DNA of 64,000 nt from Deltaproteobacteria bacterium (GCA_035063765.1 JAPSFT010000011.1:64854-128853), one strand, 5' to 3'; counted from the first letter of the stretch, positions 45,597 to 54,044 are shown. The notes: generated by a model from the sequence alone, not told the origin. A program made the numbers and translations.

Positions 45597-46067
45597 ATGA
45601 GCGGAGCGGAGCAGGGCGCGGGCGCCCGCCGGAGCATCGGGCCCGACGGCTGGGGCGAGCAGGTGGGCCAGGAGTTCCTCGAGGTGACACCCGAGCGCGT
45701 GCGGGCGCGCGTCGAGATCACGCCCCGCCACCACCAGCCCTACGGGATCGTGCACGGCGGCGTGTACTGCTCGATCGTCGAGGGCGTGGCGAGCGTCGGT
45801 GCCGGCACCGCGGCGATGAAGGCCGGCGTCGCGGGCGTCGTCGGCGTCGCCAACGCCACCGACTTCCTGCGCTCGCACACGGCCGAGCAGGGCCCCCTCC
45901 TCGCCGAGGGCCACCCGATCCACAGCGGGCGCTCGATGGCGCTCTGGCAGGTCGAGATCCGCCGCGAGCGCGACGCCAAGCTCGTGGCGCGCGGGCAGGT
46001 CCGCTTCCACGTCCTCTCGGAGCTTCCCGCGGCGAGGCGCCGTCTGGCGCCGAGCAGCGAGGCGTAG
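45597..46067 (+). CDS. PaaI/hotdog-fold thioesterase
   Basis: In frame 44856..46067 I start at ATG 45597. The motif HQPYGIVHGGVYCSIVEGVAS...HSGRSMALWQVEI is typical of PaaI/4HBT-type thioesterases. Confidence 0.8.
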   Translation: MSGAEQGAGARRSIGPDGWGEQVGQEFLEVTPERVRARVEITPRHHQPYGIVHGGVYCSIVEGVASVGAGTAAMKAGVAGVVGVANATDFLRSHTAEQGPLLAEGHPIHSGRSMALWQVEIRRERDAKLVARGQVRFHVLSELPAARRRLAPSSEA

Positions 46068-46094
46068 GCGAGCGAGGTCCATCAGGGCGCTCCC

Positions 46095-46994
46095 GTGGAT
46101 CATCCTCTGGTCTACTACGCGTTCCCGGTCTTCCTGGCGCTGCTCGTGCTCGAGCTTGCCTGCGCGCGCCGCGCGCGCCGCGCGGGCCGCGACGTGTGCG
46201 GCGAGCGCCCGGCCGACACCTGGTCGAGCCTCGCGATGGGCGTCGGCAACGTGCTGATCGGCGCCGCGGCCGGCGGCACCACCTTCGCGCTCTACTTCTG
46301 GCTCTACCAGCACCGGCTCCTCGAGATCGGCACCGGCCCGCGCGCCTGGGTGCTGCTCTTCTTCGCCGAGGACTTCACCTACTACTGGTGGCACCGCGCC
46401 TCGCACGAGGTGCGCCTGCTGTGGGCCGCGCACGAGAACCACCACTCGAGCCGCTACTTCAACTACTCGACCGCGCTGCGCCAGTCCTACACCACGCCGT
46501 TCACGGCGCCGCTCTTCTACTGGTGGCTGCCGCTGGCCGGCTTCCATCCTTTGCTGGTGCTGACCCAGGTCTCGATCAGCCTGATCTACCAGTTCTGGAT
46601 CCACACCGAGCTGATCGGCCGGCTACCCCGCTGGTTCGAGGTGATCTTCAACACGCCCTCGCACCACCGCGTCCACCACGGCGCCAACGTCGAGTACCTG
46701 GACCGCAACCACGCCGGCATCCTGATCGTCTGGGACCGCCTCTTCGGCACCTTCGAGCCCGAGCGCGCGCGCGTGCGCTACGGGCTCACGAAGGATATCC
46801 ACACCTGGAACCCGCTGCGGATCGCCTTCCACGAGTGGGCGGCGATGCTGCGCGCGGTGGCACGCGCGGACGGCTGGCGCGCGCGGCTCGGGTTCCTGCT
46901 GGCGCCGCCCGGCTGGAGCCCGGACGGGTCGAGCCTCACGGCGAGCCAGCTCCGCGCGCGGCTCGCGCTCGCGGCCGGCGAGGGCCGCAGCTAG
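46095..46994 (+). CDS. Fatty acid hydroxylase / sterol desaturase family membrane protein
   Basis: 299-aa ORF with the histidine boxes WWHRASHE, HENHHSS and HHRVHH, plus hydrophobic helices. Confidence 0.8.
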   Translation: MDHPLVYYAFPVFLALLVLELACARRARRAGRDVCGERPADTWSSLAMGVGNVLIGAAAGGTTFALYFWLYQHRLLEIGTGPRAWVLLFFAEDFTYYWWHRASHEVRLLWAAHENHHSSRYFNYSTALRQSYTTPFTAPLFYWWLPLAGFHPLLVLTQVSISLIYQFWIHTELIGRLPRWFEVIFNTPSHHRVHHGANVEYLDRNHAGILIVWDRLFGTFEPERARVRYGLTKDIHTWNPLRIAFHEWAAMLRAVARADGWRARLGFLLAPPGWSPDGSSLTASQLRARLALAAGEGRS

Positions 46995-47842
46995 CGGCGG
47001 AGCGCGAAGAGCGGCCGCGGCGTACTGAGCCCCTTCAGGACGTGCTCGCCGCGCGGCTCGAAGTCGAGCCCCGAGCCGTCGAGCAGGTCCCGCGTCGTTC
47101 CCGACACCAGGACCTCGTCGGCCGCGGCGAGCGCGGCGACGCGCGCCGCCGCGTGCACCGTGACGCCGCGCGCCTGCCCGCCCACGATCTCCACCTCGCC
47201 GGTGTGGACCCCGCAGCGCACGCGCAGCCCGAAGGGCGCGATCGCCGGCGCGATCGCCGCGGCCGCCCGCACCGCGCGGGCCGCGCCGTCGAAGAGCGCG
47301 AGGAAGCCGTCGCCGAGCGTCATCATCTCGCGCCCGCGATGGCGGTCCACCAGCACCCGCACCGTCTCGTTGTGCGCGAGCAGCAGCTCCGCCCACGCCG
47401 CATCGCCCAGGCGCTCCACCGCGGCCGTCGAGTCGACGATGTCCGCGAACAGGATCGTCGCGAGCACGCGCTCGCCGAGCTCCTCCGCCGAACGCCCGAA
47501 GGCATGCCCGCTCGTGAACTCCACCGACACCCAGGGCTCGTCGCCGGCCACCCAGCCGTCGTGCCCGGGCGGGATCTCGTAGGCATCGCCCGGCCCGATC
47601 GTCATCCGCGTGCCGTCGTCCATCCGGACCTCGAGCGTTCCCGAGATCGTGTAGCCGACGTGCCGGTACTGGCACGACGCCGTCCCCGCGATCGGCGCCA
47701 CGTCCTTCGACCACCGCCAGCCCGGCTCGAAGACGAAGCGGCAGAACGCCGTCTCGTCCAGGTTCACGACGTCGATCCGCCCGTTCGGAAACCGGCGCAC
47801 CTCGTCCGGCACCCGAAGGTCCTTGCGCTGGAGCCGCGGCAT
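46991..47842 (-). CDS. Cupin domain - class III adenylate/guanylate cyclase fusion
   Basis: In frame 46991..47899 I start at ATG 47842 (MPRLQRKDL...). The cupin block is HVGYTISGTLEVRMDDGTRMTIGPGDAYEIPPGHDGW. The cyclase block is ATILFADIVDSTA...MTLGDGFLALFD...VRCGVHTGEVE. Confidence 0.8.
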   Translation of the reverse strand: MPRLQRKDLRVPDEVRRFPNGRIDVVNLDETAFCRFVFEPGWRWSKDVAPIAGTASCQYRHVGYTISGTLEVRMDDGTRMTIGPGDAYEIPPGHDGWVAGDEPWVSVEFTSGHAFGRSAEELGERVLATILFADIVDSTAAVERLGDAAWAELLLAHNETVRVLVDRHRGREMMTLGDGFLALFDGAARAVRAAAAIAPAIAPFGLRVRCGVHTGEVEIVGGQARGVTVHAAARVAALAAADEVLVSGTTRDLLDGSGLDFEPRGEHVLKGLSTPRPLFALRR

Positions 47843-48012
47843 GCGCCGATGGTGCCGCGCACGGCCCCTCCCGCCACCACCCCCCCACGGAAGCGCCAAT
47901 AGCCCCGCCGGCCCGCGAGCGATGCCCCGGAGCGGCGCGCCCGCGCCCGCCGCCCCCCCCCGCGCGCGATCCGCCGCCCCCCGCGCGCGATCCTCCGCCC
48001 CCGCACCGTCCG

Positions 48013-49359
48013 CTACCGTCGCCCACCACGGGCCCTTAGCTCAGCGGTCAGAGCACCCGGCTCATAACCGGTGTCGTCCCTGGTTCGAATCCAGGAGGGC
48101 CCACCCGTAACACCGCGTAGTTTCTTGAGTTCAATCCTCGGACCCTTGTCGCCAGGTTGTCGCCAACCCGGCTTCGGCGGTCGAAGCACCTCGACGAGTG
48201 CATTGTCGGCGAGACGCGCGTAGCGGCGCGTCGACTGGATCGACGCGTGGCCGAGGAAGCGCTGCAGGTGCCGCTCCGGAACGCCGCGGCGGATCGCGTC
48301 GGTCGCCATCGTGTGCTTCGTGCCTTCGTAGAGCGAGACGTGCGGGAGGTCGGCTGCCTCCAGCGCTGCGGCCCAGACGCGCTGGAGCGCCTTGTGCGGC
48401 CACATCCGGCCGGTGCGTGGGTTGGGGAATAGGGGCTTTCTAGAGAAGCGGCCCGCCGGGTCGACGTGCCGATCGATCCAACCGGCGAGCTCCCGGCTGA
48501 CCGGCAGCCGTTTCGGCTTTCCGGTTTTCGTGCCGCGGATCTCGGCGCCGACGGACTTCGACTCGGCGGCCTTGTCGACGAAGAGCCAGCCGTCCCGGTA
48601 GTCCGCGACCGTGAGCGCCCGCGCCTCGCCGGGCCGCAGCCCGAGATGCGCGAGCGCGAGGAAGATCCCGCGATCCGCGTCCGGGATGTGCGCCACCGCC
48701 GCGTCCTGATCCGTGATCGAGAGGATCCGCGGCTCGTGCTCCTCGACGCGCACGGGCGGCACGCGTGGCGCCTTCGGAATCTCGCCGCGCAGCTCCAGCC
48801 AGCGCAGGAACGAGCGCATGTAGCCGAGGAAGTTCCGCCGCGACTTCGGGCTCTGCTTGCGGTCCGCGAGCCAGAGGCTCCAGTCCTCAAGTGTCCCGTA
48901 GGTCACCTCGTAGATCGAGATGCGGTCGAAGAACGAGAAGTGCCCGCCGGGAGCCGCAAGCCGCTCGAGCTCCCGCACGAAGTTCGGTGAAAGCGAGCCG
49001 GCAGCCATCTCGCGGCGGCGCAGCTCGAGCCAGCGCGCGAGCCAGGTCGGCACGAGGTTGGTCGGTGAGCCGGTCGGCTGGTAGCGCGCCAGCACCACCT
49101 CGACCGACACCCCCTCGGCGACCTCGTCGCGGATCCGGTCGAGCAACCGCTGCGCCGTCGCCTCGTCCGTGATGCGGATCCCGCGGTTCGACCACACCCG
49201 CCCGACCGGCCGGAAGTCCAGGTAGAACTCCCGCACACCGTCCTCGCCGCGCGAGCGGCTCCGGATGCGCCCGAGCTTCGCCACGAGGGCCCAGCGTACC
49301 GCAGGGGCGGCAGCGGCCGGCGAGGCGAGGAGCCGGGCGAGGGAAGCCACGTCAGGCAT
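48013..49359 (-). CDS. int: Tyrosine recombinase / phage-type integrase
   Basis: In frame 48013..49461 I start at ATG 49359 (MPDVASLARLL...). Catalytic-domain blocks are LALAHLGLRPGEARAL (Arg), GTKHTMATDAIRRG and FLGHASIQSTRRYARL (His...Tyr). The ORF continues antisense through the whole tRNA gene before its stop. Confidence 0.85.
   Translation of the reverse strand: MPDVASLARLLASPAAAAPAVRWALVAKLGRIRSRSRGEDGVREFYLDFRPVGRVWSNRGIRITDEATAQRLLDRIRDEVAEGVSVEVVLARYQPTGSPTNLVPTWLARWLELRRREMAAGSLSPNFVRELERLAAPGGHFSFFDRISIYEVTYGTLEDWSLWLADRKQSPKSRRNFLGYMRSFLRWLELRGEIPKAPRVPPVRVEEHEPRILSITDQDAAVAHIPDADRGIFLALAHLGLRPGEARALTVADYRDGWLFVDKAAESKSVGAEIRGTKTGKPKRLPVSRELAGWIDRHVDPAGRFSRKPLFPNPRTGRMWPHKALQRVWAAALEAADLPHVSLYEGTKHTMATDAIRRGVPERHLQRFLGHASIQSTRRYARLADNALVEVLRPPKPGWRQPGDKGPRIELKKLRGVTGGPSWIRTRDDTGYEPGALTAELRARGGRR
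48030..48103 (+). tRNA. tRNA with CAT anticodon (elongator Met, or Ile2 if lysidine-modified)
   Basis: Manual cloverleaf: acceptor GGGCCCT/AGGGCCC, D arm GCTC-AGCGGTCA-GAGC, anticodon arm CCCGG-CTCATAA-CCGGT, T arm CCTGG-TTCGAAT-CCAGG, discriminator A. CCA is not encoded. By my fold the variable region is 6 nt, which needs checking. Confidence 0.85.
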
Positions 49360-50429
49360 TCCCGCGCGCTTCGGTCGGCGTCTCGGCCATGGCTTCCCCT
49401 CATGCGGGGAGGCGCTGTTGGAGAGAGCAAGTGCGGTGCCAGCGCTCCGGATCGGGCGCATCCCTGCAAGTCCGCGCGCTCACGGCGGTTCGCATTGGCT
49501 GCGGTCACGACCGGGTCCGGGGATGGCTCGCAGTCTCCAACCAAACGCCGCCAGCGTGTGGCTGGCGCACGAACTCCGGATCGATCGCGGGAGGCGCGAC
49601 TGCCGTCGCTCAGCCGCAAGCGGTGCCGACCGCCTGCGGCCCAGCTACCGACGGAGGCGCCGAAATCGGGCCCGGAGTGCAGGAGTCCTGCAGCGACTCT
49701 GCAGGGGCAGCGTTCAGCTTCCTTGCGGACATCGCTCCGCCGAGCGGCCTTCGCGGGAACCGACACCGCGCAGAGCGCAGGCGGAGGATTCCTCCGCCAC
49801 GTCTCGAGTACTCCCTCGCATTCCCGAGGGCGTACAGGGACTTCCGCGAATCCCTCCGTCACTTATCTTGCATTCGCACCGATACCTGCGACTTCTGTCC
49901 CTCTCTCCACATCCAGCCTGCCGAACGCTGCGTCGACGAGTTCGATACCCGCCCGACGCGCTTCCGCGGCGCTGCAGCCGATCGACACTTCGCGATCCAA
50001 GGTGCTGCAGAGGCGCTACCAACCAGGTGCCGTGGAGCTGTGTCGGGGCTTCCATTCGCCCAGCCGCGTAACAGCGCGGGCCATGATCAAGACCGGTTCC
50101 AAACTGGGCCAAGATGGCCCACGAACGCGATCATGGCCCATGAAATGTCGAGCAGTGGCGGGCTCTTCTGGGGAAGTGGACCGCCTTTATCTTGCGCTCG
50201 CATCGTTCCTTCGACGCACTCCTGCAGAGCCTCTGATCCCACGTCACCATGCGCGGACGCGCTGCGATGGCGCCGCCCATCGGCTCGCCAAGTGACGTGC
50301 GGTCCGTCTGCAGCAGAGGCTCGACGCGAGGCGCAGTCGCGGTCGGCAACCTGGTCGTGCCATGATCCCGCCGCGCAGCCGCTCTTCCGCCGGGGACGCG
50401 CGTCGAGATGGAGTGATCCGGGTCTGTCG

Positions 50430-51365
50430 ATGCAGGCATACGTCGGAATCACGGACTACGAGTGGTACCAGCTTCTCGCGAGTCGTCCGCAGCTCGACGA
50501 CGTGAACTTCTGGCAGCCGGGCGGGACCCGAGTCTTCCGGGCTCTCCAAGCGGGCGAGCTCTTCCTCTTCAAGCTCCATGCTCCGCGTCACTCGGTGGTT
50601 GGCGGTGGCTTCTTCGCCCATGCCACCAGGTTGCCCGTGAGCCTCGCATGGGAGGCGTTCGGCGAGTCGAACGGAGCGAGTTCTTTGGCACAGATGCGGG
50701 CGCGCATCGAGCAGTACCGGCGCGCCCCAGCTCAGCCCCACGAGGACTACACGATCGGCTGCATCCTCCTGGAGCAGCCCTTCTTTCTGCCCGAGGAGTT
50801 GTGGATCCCCGCTCCGCCCGACTGGCACCCGAACATCGTCCAAGGCAAGACGTACGACCTGAACGCTGAGCCGGGACGATCGTTGTGGCTCCAGGTAGAG
50901 GAGAGGATCCGAGTGCAGAGCAGCGGACAGGGATGGCCCGCACAGTGGCGTGAGCCCGGCCATCCCCGGTACGGCGAGCCCACCCTGGTGCGCCCGCGCC
51001 TCGGCCAGGGAAGCTTCCGGATTCTCGTAACCGACGCGTACGACCGGCGCTGCGCCGTCACAGGAGAGCGCGTCCTACCGGTCCTCCAGGCAGCCCACAT
51101 TCGGCCCTACGCCGCGGGAGGCGAGCACCGCGTCGACAATGGCCTGCTCCTCCGAAGCGACCTCCACACCCTCTTCGACCGGGGCTACGTGACCGTCACT
51201 CCGGAGCTTCGGCTCGAGGTGAGCCGTCGCATTCGCGAGGATTTCGAGAACGGCCGGCACTATTACGCGCTGCACGGAGAGCGGGTTCGGGAGCCCGTGG
51301 AGGAAGGTCAACGGCCCGCTGCCGAGTTCCTGCGCTGGCACAACGAGCAAGCATTTCTCGAGTGA
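50430..51365 (+). CDS. HNH nuclease (HNH_2-like) with N-terminal beta-barrel-like domain; candidate type IV restriction enzyme
   Basis: In frame 49389..51365 I start at ATG 50430 (MQAYVGITDYEWYQLL...). The C-terminal HNH block is RCAVTGERVLPVLQAAHIRPYAAGGEHRVDNGLLLRSDLHTLFDRGYVTV. Confidence 0.7.
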   Translation: MQAYVGITDYEWYQLLASRPQLDDVNFWQPGGTRVFRALQAGELFLFKLHAPRHSVVGGGFFAHATRLPVSLAWEAFGESNGASSLAQMRARIEQYRRAPAQPHEDYTIGCILLEQPFFLPEELWIPAPPDWHPNIVQGKTYDLNAEPGRSLWLQVEERIRVQSSGQGWPAQWREPGHPRYGEPTLVRPRLGQGSFRILVTDAYDRRCAVTGERVLPVLQAAHIRPYAAGGEHRVDNGLLLRSDLHTLFDRGYVTVTPELRLEVSRRIREDFENGRHYYALHGERVREPVEEGQRPAAEFLRWHNEQAFLE

Positions 51366-51667
51366 ACCCGAGCGGGTCCGGATCGCTCCTCTCTGAAGGG
51401 GGTCAACTTTCATGTCGTTAGGGGGTCAGTTTTCGTTGTCGCGCCGACCTTGCTTGGCCGATTTCGCGTTGCCTTCGACCTCTGCCGCCTCGCCCGCGCA
51501 GGCTGGACGGCAACCGCCTTGCGTGATTGAGACTCAAGTTACCGAATTTACTGATGAAAGTTGGAAGCATTTGAGTTTCGGCTCCCTTCCCTCAGACGAC
51601 TTCACGGGGCACCGAAAAGAAGGATGTACTAACGTTTGCTAACGACATATCTCATCGTGAGGAATGC

Positions 51668-52258
51668 ATGGGCAATGTCACCGAGTACCTGAGCGAGTGG
51701 GGGGTGGAGATCGACGAGGGCAAGTTCCTCGCGTTGCTCCGCGAGACGCTTGAGCAGATCGCTGGCAAGGATCTCTGGGCGGAGCCGGAACAGGAGCTAC
51801 CGCCCGAAGAGGTCGCTGTGCTTCACAGCGGCGGCTTCTCGACACGGCGCCAATCGCTCGGCAGCGATGACCCGCTGTTTCGCGGGGCTCTCGACTTCAG
51901 TGCGCTGATCGCAACGGCGGTTTCGACCAAGGAGGCGGCGAAGCTGCTCGACGTGGACCCGAGCCGCATCCGCCAGCGCTTGCTCGCTCCTCATCCAAGC
52001 CTGTATGGCGTGAAGTGGCGCGGCGAGTGGCTACTGCCGCGTTTTCAGTTCACGGGTAGGAAGGAGGTTCCTGGTCTTGACGAGGTCGTGCCCCGCCTCG
52101 ATCCGGGCCTGAATCCCGTCACGGTTGCTCGTTGGTTCCTATCGCCCAGTCCTGACCTTGTTGCAGAGAAGAGCGGCGACGAGCCGATGAGCCCGCGGGA
52201 GTGGCTGCTAGCCGGCCACTCGCCGATGGAGGTCGCTCGTCTGGCCGAAGGGCTCTGA
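51668..52258 (+). CDS. Xre/MbcA/ParS-like antitoxin (HTH plus DUF2384-like C-terminus)
   Basis: 196-aa ORF. It has the HTH-like segment VSTKEAAKLLDVDPSRIRQRLL and the C-terminal MSPREWLLAGHSPMEVARLAEGL, typical of antitoxins partnered with RES toxins. Its position immediately upstream of a RES gene supports the call. Confidence 0.65.
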   Translation: MGNVTEYLSEWGVEIDEGKFLALLRETLEQIAGKDLWAEPEQELPPEEVAVLHSGGFSTRRQSLGSDDPLFRGALDFSALIATAVSTKEAAKLLDVDPSRIRQRLLAPHPSLYGVKWRGEWLLPRFQFTGRKEVPGLDEVVPRLDPGLNPVTVARWFLSPSPDLVAEKSGDEPMSPREWLLAGHSPMEVARLAEGL

Positions 52259-52896
52259 GCGCGCGCTTGGCCAAGCTTCCTGAACCCCCGCCTCCTGCCG
52301 AGCTCGTCGCTCGCACAGTGCCCGCGGTCAAGAGCCTGCCCGCAGGAAGCCTGATCTGGAGAGTCTACTTCCGCGGCGGTCCCCATCCCGCAAGCTGGAA
52401 CCAGTTTCGATCCTACGGCCCCGTCCCTTCGGGCCGGTTCGATCATCATGATCCTCCGCCCCACCACCAAGAGAGAGCCATCCTCTATGCCGCGATCCAC
52501 GGCCCGACGTGCCTCGCGGAGGTCTTCCAGGAGTCACGGGTCATCGACCGCCACCACAACGATCCATGGTTGGCCGCGTTCGCCACGGAGCGCGCACTCG
52601 ATCTGCTGGATCTGTCCGGCACCTGGCCGACGCGCGCTGGTGCATCCATGGCCATCAACAGTGGGCCGCGGCCTCGTGCTCAGCGTTGGTCACGCGCGAT
52701 CTACGATGCGTACCCGGAGATTGATGGAATCTACTATCCGTCGTCGATGAGCGGAAACCAGCCTGCTGTCGCCCTCTTCGAGCGTGCGCTTGGAGCGATA
52801 CCGAAGCAGCCGCGCCTGAACAGAGCGCTTGCTGAACCGCCGCTCTTGATCCCGATCACCAACGCCGCTGCGCAATTCGGCTATCGGGTTGTTTGA
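52201..52896 (+). CDS. RES domain toxin (NAD+-targeting toxin family)
   Basis: The R-E-S triad context is SGRFDHH (R), LYAAIHGPTCLAEVFQE (E) and IDGIYYPSSMSG (S). The start is uncertain: the track ATG 52201 overlaps the antitoxin by 58 nt, and TTG 52267 just after the antitoxin stop is an alternative. Confidence 0.75.
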   Translation: MAASRPLADGGRSSGRRALSARLAKLPEPPPPAELVARTVPAVKSLPAGSLIWRVYFRGGPHPASWNQFRSYGPVPSGRFDHHDPPPHHQERAILYAAIHGPTCLAEVFQESRVIDRHHNDPWLAAFATERALDLLDLSGTWPTRAGASMAINSGPRPRAQRWSRAIYDAYPEIDGIYYPSSMSGNQPAVALFERALGAIPKQPRLNRALAEPPLLIPITNAAAQFGYRVV

Positions 52897-52921
52897 ACGG
52901 TTCTCTGGAGTTGAACCAGTC

Positions 52922-54016
52922 ATGCCCATTCAACACGCGATCTGGAAAGTTGGAGAACGACCCTCCGCGCTCTCTGCCAGCCGTCTGGCAAGCGAACAGC
53001 AGCTCGAGGAAATGATTGCGCGCGACCCGAGCATCCTCTCGAGCCAGTGGATGCTCATCGGCCGGCAAGAGGGCACGAGCCATGGCGGACGAATCGATCT
53101 GTTGGCAATTGCTCCCGACGCTTCCTTGGTCTTGATCGAACTCAAGCGCGACCGTACACCGCGTGAGATCATCGCCCAATCCCTCGACTACGCGTCGTGG
53201 GTGGAGCAGCTCGGCGCGGAGAAGATTGCACAGATCTATCAGCGGTTTTCGAACGGCGGAAAGTTGGACGAGGCGTTTCGGGAGCGGTTCGGCATCGAGC
53301 TGGATGAGGAGACCCTCAACCAATCGCACCAGATCATCATCGTCGCCGCAGAGCTCGATGCCGCGACGGAGCGCATCATCGGATACCTCAACGCTCGGGA
53401 CATCGCGATCAACGTCGTCTTCTTCCAGGTTTTCCAGCATGGTGACGAGCAGCTGCTGAGTCGGGCGTGGCTCATTGACCCCGGAGAGACGCAGGTGAAC
53501 GTCGCGAGCACGACCAAGAGCAAGGGCGAGAAGGAGCCCTGGAACGGTGAGTACTACGTCTCTTATGGCCCCACGTCGTCGCGCTCTTGGGATGAGGCGC
53601 GCCAGCACGGTTTCATCAGCGCGGGTGGTGGAAGCTGGTACAGCCAGACGCTGAAGCTGCTTTCTCCGGGAGACCGCGTGTGGGTCAAGATCCCCAAGAC
53701 CGGCTACGTGGGGGTTGGGCGAGTCAAGGAGCCGGTGCGTTCGGTGAACGACTTCAAGGTCGAGACACCGTCCGGCGAACGATCGGTACTGGAAGTGCTG
53801 CGGAACGCTGAACGCTACCGGCGAAGCGCCGATGACCCGGAGAAGGCGGAGTACTTCGTCCGGGTGCAATGGCTCGATACCGTCCCCGAGGCTTCGGCAG
53901 TGAACGAGGTGGGCCTCTTCGGGAACCAGAACACCGTATGCCAGCCTACGACACCCAAGTGGCGGCACACAGTTGAACGACTGAAGACGTATTTCCCGAA
54001 ATGGGACGCTAGTTGA
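52922..54016 (+). CDS. NucS/DUF91-like PD-(D/E)xK nuclease fused to an uncharacterised C-terminal domain
   Basis: In frame 52889..54016 I start at ATG 52922, with GGAG upstream. The N-terminal half GRIDLLAIAPDASLVLIELKRDRTPREIIAQSLDYASWV matches the DUF91/NucS nuclease signature (D...ExK). The C-terminal ~170 aa (WNGEYYVSYGP...SPGDRVWVKIPKTGYVGVGRV) is unassigned. Confidence 0.65.
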   Translation: MPIQHAIWKVGERPSALSASRLASEQQLEEMIARDPSILSSQWMLIGRQEGTSHGGRIDLLAIAPDASLVLIELKRDRTPREIIAQSLDYASWVEQLGAEKIAQIYQRFSNGGKLDEAFRERFGIELDEETLNQSHQIIIVAAELDAATERIIGYLNARDIAINVVFFQVFQHGDEQLLSRAWLIDPGETQVNVASTTKSKGEKEPWNGEYYVSYGPTSSRSWDEARQHGFISAGGGSWYSQTLKLLSPGDRVWVKIPKTGYVGVGRVKEPVRSVNDFKVETPSGERSVLEVLRNAERYRRSADDPEKAEYFVRVQWLDTVPEASAVNEVGLFGNQNTVCQPTTPKWRHTVERLKTYFPKWDAS

Positions 54017-54044
54017 CGATGCTGTCGTCTGAGAAGGTCCTCGA

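Noticed and set aside
43649-47902. 1417-aa + strand ORF. Similar giant ORFs occur at 29181-32249(-), 23584-26415(-), 19847-22444(+), 20334-22907(-), 24417-27236(+, N-terminal part) and 3735-5585(-).
   Set aside because: These are typical stop-codon-free antisense or off-frame reading in >70% G+C DNA. Their composition is dominated by R/A/G/P with no motifs, and each overlaps several genes with clear family signatures.
48030-48103. Initiator tRNA-fMet identity for the CAT tRNA
   Set aside because: Positions 1-72 form a normal G-C pair, where bacterial initiators have a C1-A72 mismatch. The anticodon stem also lacks the three consecutive G-C pairs closing the loop (GGG/CCC, 29-31/39-41). Elongator Met or Ile2 is more likely.
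49462-50429. About 1 kb between the integrase and the HNH gene, with several 100-300-aa ORFs on both strands (for example 49265-50071, 49402-50295, 49714-50112)
   Set aside because: None shows a recognisable motif, for example no excisionase/AlpA-type HTH. All are R/S/A-rich and mutually overlapping. The region is probably non-coding or decayed DNA. It contains short palindromes around CTGCAG (tgcaggagtcctgca, about 49677-49691), but I cannot assign a function.
51412-51642. 76-aa ORF in the gap before the antitoxin gene
   Set aside because: It has no SD, an odd composition and no motif. The region is A/T-richer and more likely holds a promoter or operator.
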